Positions 59,919-64,000 of a stretch of DNA of 64,000 nt are shown here, in pieces. The stretch is from Utricularia gibba. Its lineage: Eukaryota; Plantae; Magnoliophyta. Below the pieces are notes generated by a model. It ran no database searches. It was not told the origin of the DNA and was given only the letters and a program-made list of their open reading frames with translations. Position numbers and translations under genes: made by a program. Numbering within the stretch: the stretch's first letter is position 1; each line of letters opens with the position of its first letter. The stretch covers positions 930,001 to 994,000 of the forward strand of contig NEEC01000011.1 of NCBI GenBank assembly GCA_002189035.1, in the 5' to 3' direction.

Positions 59919-60136
59919 TTGATGTTTATTCTAAATTTATATATTTCTCAATGTCAAATTTGATAATAATTCTTAATTAAAAGTACCGATACTTAATAGG
60001 AATACATGCAAAGAAAATATTGAGCACGAACTCAAGAGCCTTCACATGCAATCCTCTGAGACCATCAAACAATTCGTAGATCGAGTATCTCGTGTAGTAA
60101 ATCAGCTACACGTTCTGGGTGTGCAGAAGGATGAGT

Positions 60137-61068
60137 TCTCTGTTGCCAAGAAAATATTGCATTCGTTGCTACCACATTTTGAGCCAAAAGTCAGTGTGCT
60201 TGAGAATGGGCCAGATTATCGAAACCTAAGAGGTTATGTAATGTTGTGAGCTCATTTCAAGCACTTGAAAATCGGCTTGCTCGTGATAACACAGAAAAGG
60301 CCTTGGCTGCTCTTTGGTTACAACCTGTTTTTGAGGCAACAGGAAACGGTTCTGAACCACAGCAATCACAAAAGGTATGAAAGTTCAACAAGGACAAGAA
60401 AAATAAATCCTCTACTTGATCTATTTGCCATAGAAATTATGATGAGATCATAATGTGAGATTCTTCAAGCACTCATGATCAAGTTGAATCTCCTTGGCTA
60501 GAGTATTTATGAAATGAGGATATCACAAATACGGATAAGCTGGCATACATTGAGTTCGCTAAACAGTTTAGACAATGGTTCTCACAATTGATGTAATGAG
60601 ATTACTAGAACCTATGTGTGGGTGTCGATTAAAGAATCGATTCACTGGATGACTCATCTTCGAGATGCTACTATGGGAAGCTAACCAAGTGTAAGTAGCA
60701 AAATCTCGAATATGACAGCCATGCAAGTAAGCTTAGACTTGAGGTCAACAAAGTTATCTTGATCTTAAGCTCACATTTTCGCTCATTGCTAATGGGAGCC
60801 TAACCATGGCTTGCCTAATATGGATGAGTAGGGATGTGACTCCTTAAGGTTGGAGATAGTTGATTGATCAATGTTTTCACTCATGTTAACACATTTTCAC
60901 TCATGTTAGCAATGAGATCATATCTCAAGTAATTGCATCAAAGCGTAACAGTAAGTCCAAGGCCCAGGGTAATAACACTCGAATTGTTTGAATAGGTCAT
61001 TGAGTGTTAGTGCTTGAATGCAATTATAAGTTTGATACATCAGAAAGACACACACCCATGTTTTGGTG
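60137..61068 (+). repeat. Inverted duplicate of 54424-55330 (copia gag fused to Angela-like LTR piece)
   Basis: Near-identical reverse complement; ORFs 55021-55209(-) and 60265-60453(+) differ at 2 aa. Additional gag lies upstream from 60046. Confidence 0.92.
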
Positions 61069-62181
61069 CAACCATGGGTGGACATTTCTATGGACTTTGT
61101 TTTAGGCTTACCTCGTACCCAAAGGGGTAGAGATTCAATTTTCGTTGTTGTGGACAGGTTTTCAAAGATGGCACACTTTATTCCCTGCCATAAAACTGAT
61201 GATGCATCTCATGTGGCTGATCTCTTCTTTAGGGAAGTTGTTAGACTTCATGGTATGCCCCTAACTATTGTCTCTGATCGAGATGCAAGGTTTCTTAGTC
61301 ACTTTTGGAGAGTTCTTTGGAGTAAACTTGGCACTAAGCTGTTATACTCAACAACATGTCACCCTCAAACCGATGGGCAAACTGAGGTAACTAATCGCAC
61401 ACTTTCTACCTTACTTAGGATTATGATTAAATCAAATCTTAAGACTTGGGAGGAATGTTTGCCACTTGTTGAGTTTGCTTACAATAAAACCATGCATCTG
61501 ACTACTAAATTATCTCCATTTGAAGTCGTTTATGGTTTTAATCCTCTTACACCTTTGGATATGTTACCTTTGCCTTGTGATGAGAAAGTTAGTTTAGATG
61601 GCAAGAAGAGAGCTGATGCAATCAGAAGATTGCATGAAAAGGTGAAACAACAGATTGAATGCAACAATGCAAAGTATGCATCAGCAGCAAACAAGGGGAG
61701 ACGCAAAGTTGTATTTGAACCTGGAGATTGGGTTTGGCTTCATCTTAGGAAGGAGAGATTTCCCACAAAGAGAAAGTCCAAACTTCTACCTCGTGGAGAT
61801 GGCCCTTTCCAAGTTGTTGAGCGCGTTAATGATAATGCGTACAAGCTAGATTTACCAGGTGAGTATTCTGTTCATTCAACTTTCAATGTTGCTGATTTGT
61901 CTCTTTTCGACATGGATACAGATTCAGGGACGAATCTTCCTAAAGAAAGGGGGGATGATGAGCCCCAGGAAGATAATGAAGTGTATTTAAAGAATGATGA
62001 GGAGTTTGTTCAAGTGAACAAATTAGAAAGAAAGATGATTCCACCAGGACCAATGACTAGGAGCAAGACAAAGATGGTTGAAGATACACTTAAGGGTCTA
62101 CTCAATACCATTGGAATCAAACATGGGCTTGAAGACATCCCATCAAAAGAGCTCAACTACTTGAAGATGGACTTAACTTAG
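61063..62181 (+). CDS. CRM-type gypsy integrase (core DDE + C-terminus extending into the 3' LTR), N-terminally truncated
   Basis: [59 protein letters not shown] (CR-motif-like). No HHCC finger. Confidence 0.88.
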   Translation: MVQPWVDISMDFVLGLPRTQRGRDSIFVVVDRFSKMAHFIPCHKTDDASHVADLFFREVVRLHGMPLTIVSDRDARFLSHFWRVLWSKLGTKLLYSTTCHPQTDGQTEVTNRTLSTLLRIMIKSNLKTWEECLPLVEFAYNKTMHLTTKLSPFEVVYGFNPLTPLDMLPLPCDEKVSLDGKKRADAIRRLHEKVKQQIECNNAKYASAANKGRRKVVFEPGDWVWLHLRKERFPTKRKSKLLPRGDGPFQVVERVNDNAYKLDLPGEYSVHSTFNVADLSLFDMDTDSGTNLPKERGDDEPQEDNEVYLKNDEEFVQVNKLERKMIPPGPMTRSKTKMVEDTLKGLLNTIGIKHGLEDIPSKELNYLKMDLT

Positions 62182-62559
62182 AGCATTGGGCTTGTTAGAC
62201 TTTTCTATTTCATTTAGTTTGGACTATGTAATGTTAGAGCCCAATTCAAGAGTATAAATACTCTAGAGATGTACTAATTCAGGATCTTTGGTCATTTTAT
62301 GTATCTTGTGAGGATTCCCCTTTCCTTTGAGTGCTTGAACACTCTTAACTTATCAAGCTTTGAGCTTGTGGCGTTCTAGGATTATCACTTCCAATCAATC
62401 TCTCTTTTCTGAAGTGTGGCTTCTAATTTTCTTTGTTTCGAAGTCTGGTTGCAAGAGATTTATTCTCTTGAGGGTAGACTTGGGTGGGTTCTCTTCTAAG
62501 CTTCAAAATCACCTCTTTTTTGTGGGTTGCTAATCTCTATAGATTAGAGGGTCACATCA
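61956..62559 (+). mobile_element. CRM 3' LTR with PPT
   Basis: PPT AAAGAAAGGGGGGA immediately before TGATGAG; ends CACATCA. Confidence 0.93.
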
Positions 62560-62624
62560 AGCGGTGTTTCGGTGATTCGGTTGATGCATTTGCGTTCTTC
62601 TGGTGTAGGTGATTGTGGCGCGAC

Positions 62625-64000
62625 AATCTGTGCACATCCGCCAAGTTCCATCACACTTTGGAACCAATAACACCGGCACAGAGCATGGGCTCATGCTCTC
62701 ACGCACAAATCCTTAGACATCAGTTCCTCAACTTGTTTTTGTATTTCCTTCGTCTCCTCTGGATTGGCTCGGTATGCTGGTCGGTTTGGGAGTTGTGCTC
62801 CAGGGACAAGGTCAATTTGATGCTCAATCCCTCTAAGGGGAGGTAAGCCTTGAAGTTCTTCTGGAAAAACATCTTCATATACCTGTAAGAGAGACACAAC
62901 ACAAGATGGAATGGATGAAGCATGGTTAGGTGAAGTAGGAACTTCATCCTTATACATGAGTAGAATGAATGGTTGCCTAGCATGAAGTAAGTGTCTAATC
63001 TCACTTGGCCTTGCTAATAGACTCTCATTCTTTCTCTCAATTTCTAAAACTCTCATGTTTTCACTCTCTGTTTTGTGCTCATTTTCATCCTTTTTTCCAC
63101 TCAATTCCTTGCCATCTCTTCTTTTTTCTCCACTTTTTCGCATCTTTTTTTCACTCATTTTCACTTCACTCATCTCTTCTCCCTTACGAACGACCACCTT
63201 GTGCTTTCCATTATCAGTATGAAGGACTCTAGCATCACTCAGAATTCTGACTTGATCTTCATGTGCCTCCTTTGGAGATAATGGAGCAAGTGTGATGGAG
63301 CGTCCATTATAGTTGAAGGAATATTTGTTCTTGAAACCATCATGAAATGCTCTTCTATCATATTCCCAAGGTCTCCCAAGAAGAATATGGCTTGCATGCA
63401 TAGGAACAACATCACATAGGACTTCATCTTCATATCTCCCTATGGAAAACGTCACAAGCACTTGTTTGGTAACCTTTACCTCACTTCCTTCATTGAACCA
63501 CTGCAGATTGTAAGGCTTAGGATGCCTCACGGTGGGTAGTCCCAATTTCTCCACCAAGATGTTGCTAGCAACATGGATGCAACTACCTCCATCAATAATC
63601 AGGCTGCAAACTTTCCTATTAACAAAGCATCGGGTTTGAAAAAGGTTCTCCCTTTGCTCATCATTATCCTTCACCCCAATGTTAAGCGTCCTTCAAGTGA
63701 CTAATACTTCTCCAGAAACAGGCAATTCATCCTCATCACTCACTTCAGCTTCTGTCTCCACTAGATCATCATCATCTTCACTAACAACTTTGCCATTGCC
63801 CCTAATCACCATTGCTCGTTTATTTGCGCATTCAGAAGCAATATGTCCAAGTCCCAAACATTTGAAACATTTTATGTTTCTGGTAGTTCCCTTTGGAGGT
63901 GTTGTTCGCTCCCCTTGCTTGGAACTTGATTGGATGTCGAATTTGAAGTGTTCCATGGATGACTTCCCTTTATTTCACTCCATCATCTCATTGGTGCCCC
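62625..64000 (-). pseudogene. CRM-type gag (zinc knuckle)-protease-RT start, runs off the window edge
   Basis: IKCFKCLGLGHIASEC; CSLIIDGGSCIHV; CDVVPMHASHILLGRPW; LPPLRGIEHQIDLVPGAQLPNRPAYR; [26 protein letters not shown]. Confidence 0.92.

Noticed and set aside
54424-61068. Arms as TIRs of one large DNA transposon
   Set aside because: The arms are retroelement-derived, homology ends raggedly, and there is no TSD.

Overview
This is a plant (angiosperm) nuclear window made almost entirely of nested, mostly decayed transposons, and I found no intact host gene. LTR retroelements include several Ty1/copia remnants, one of them an LTR-internal-LTR-PBS-gag tandem. There are also Athila-like non-autonomous copies, CRM-type centromeric gypsy pieces (two solo LTRs with TSDs, an open integrase ORF running into its 3' LTR, and an antisense gag-PR-RT), a Tekay-like integrase remnant and a multi-LTR TRIM. 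DNA transposons include a PIF/Harbinger transposase pseudogene, two MULE transposase regions and an orphan MULE TIR. The most notable structures are: (1) a 703-bp Pack-MULE carrying an exon fragment of a thylakoid/envelope ADP,ATP carrier; (2) two same-family solo LTRs inserted head-to-head 150 bp apart, each with its own TSD, forming a ~2.8-kb near-palindrome; (3) a TSD-flanked MULE with asymmetric ends and an open but catalytically truncated 482-aa ORF; (4) mosaics of 30-60 bp plastid-derived fragments; (5) a recurrent CTTGCGCAAG palindrome in the Athila-like family; (6) a 45-bp-period triple hairpin. The CRM content suggests pericentromeric heterochromatin (inference). All family assignments and similarity statements come from motif recognition and by-eye alignment, not database searches.
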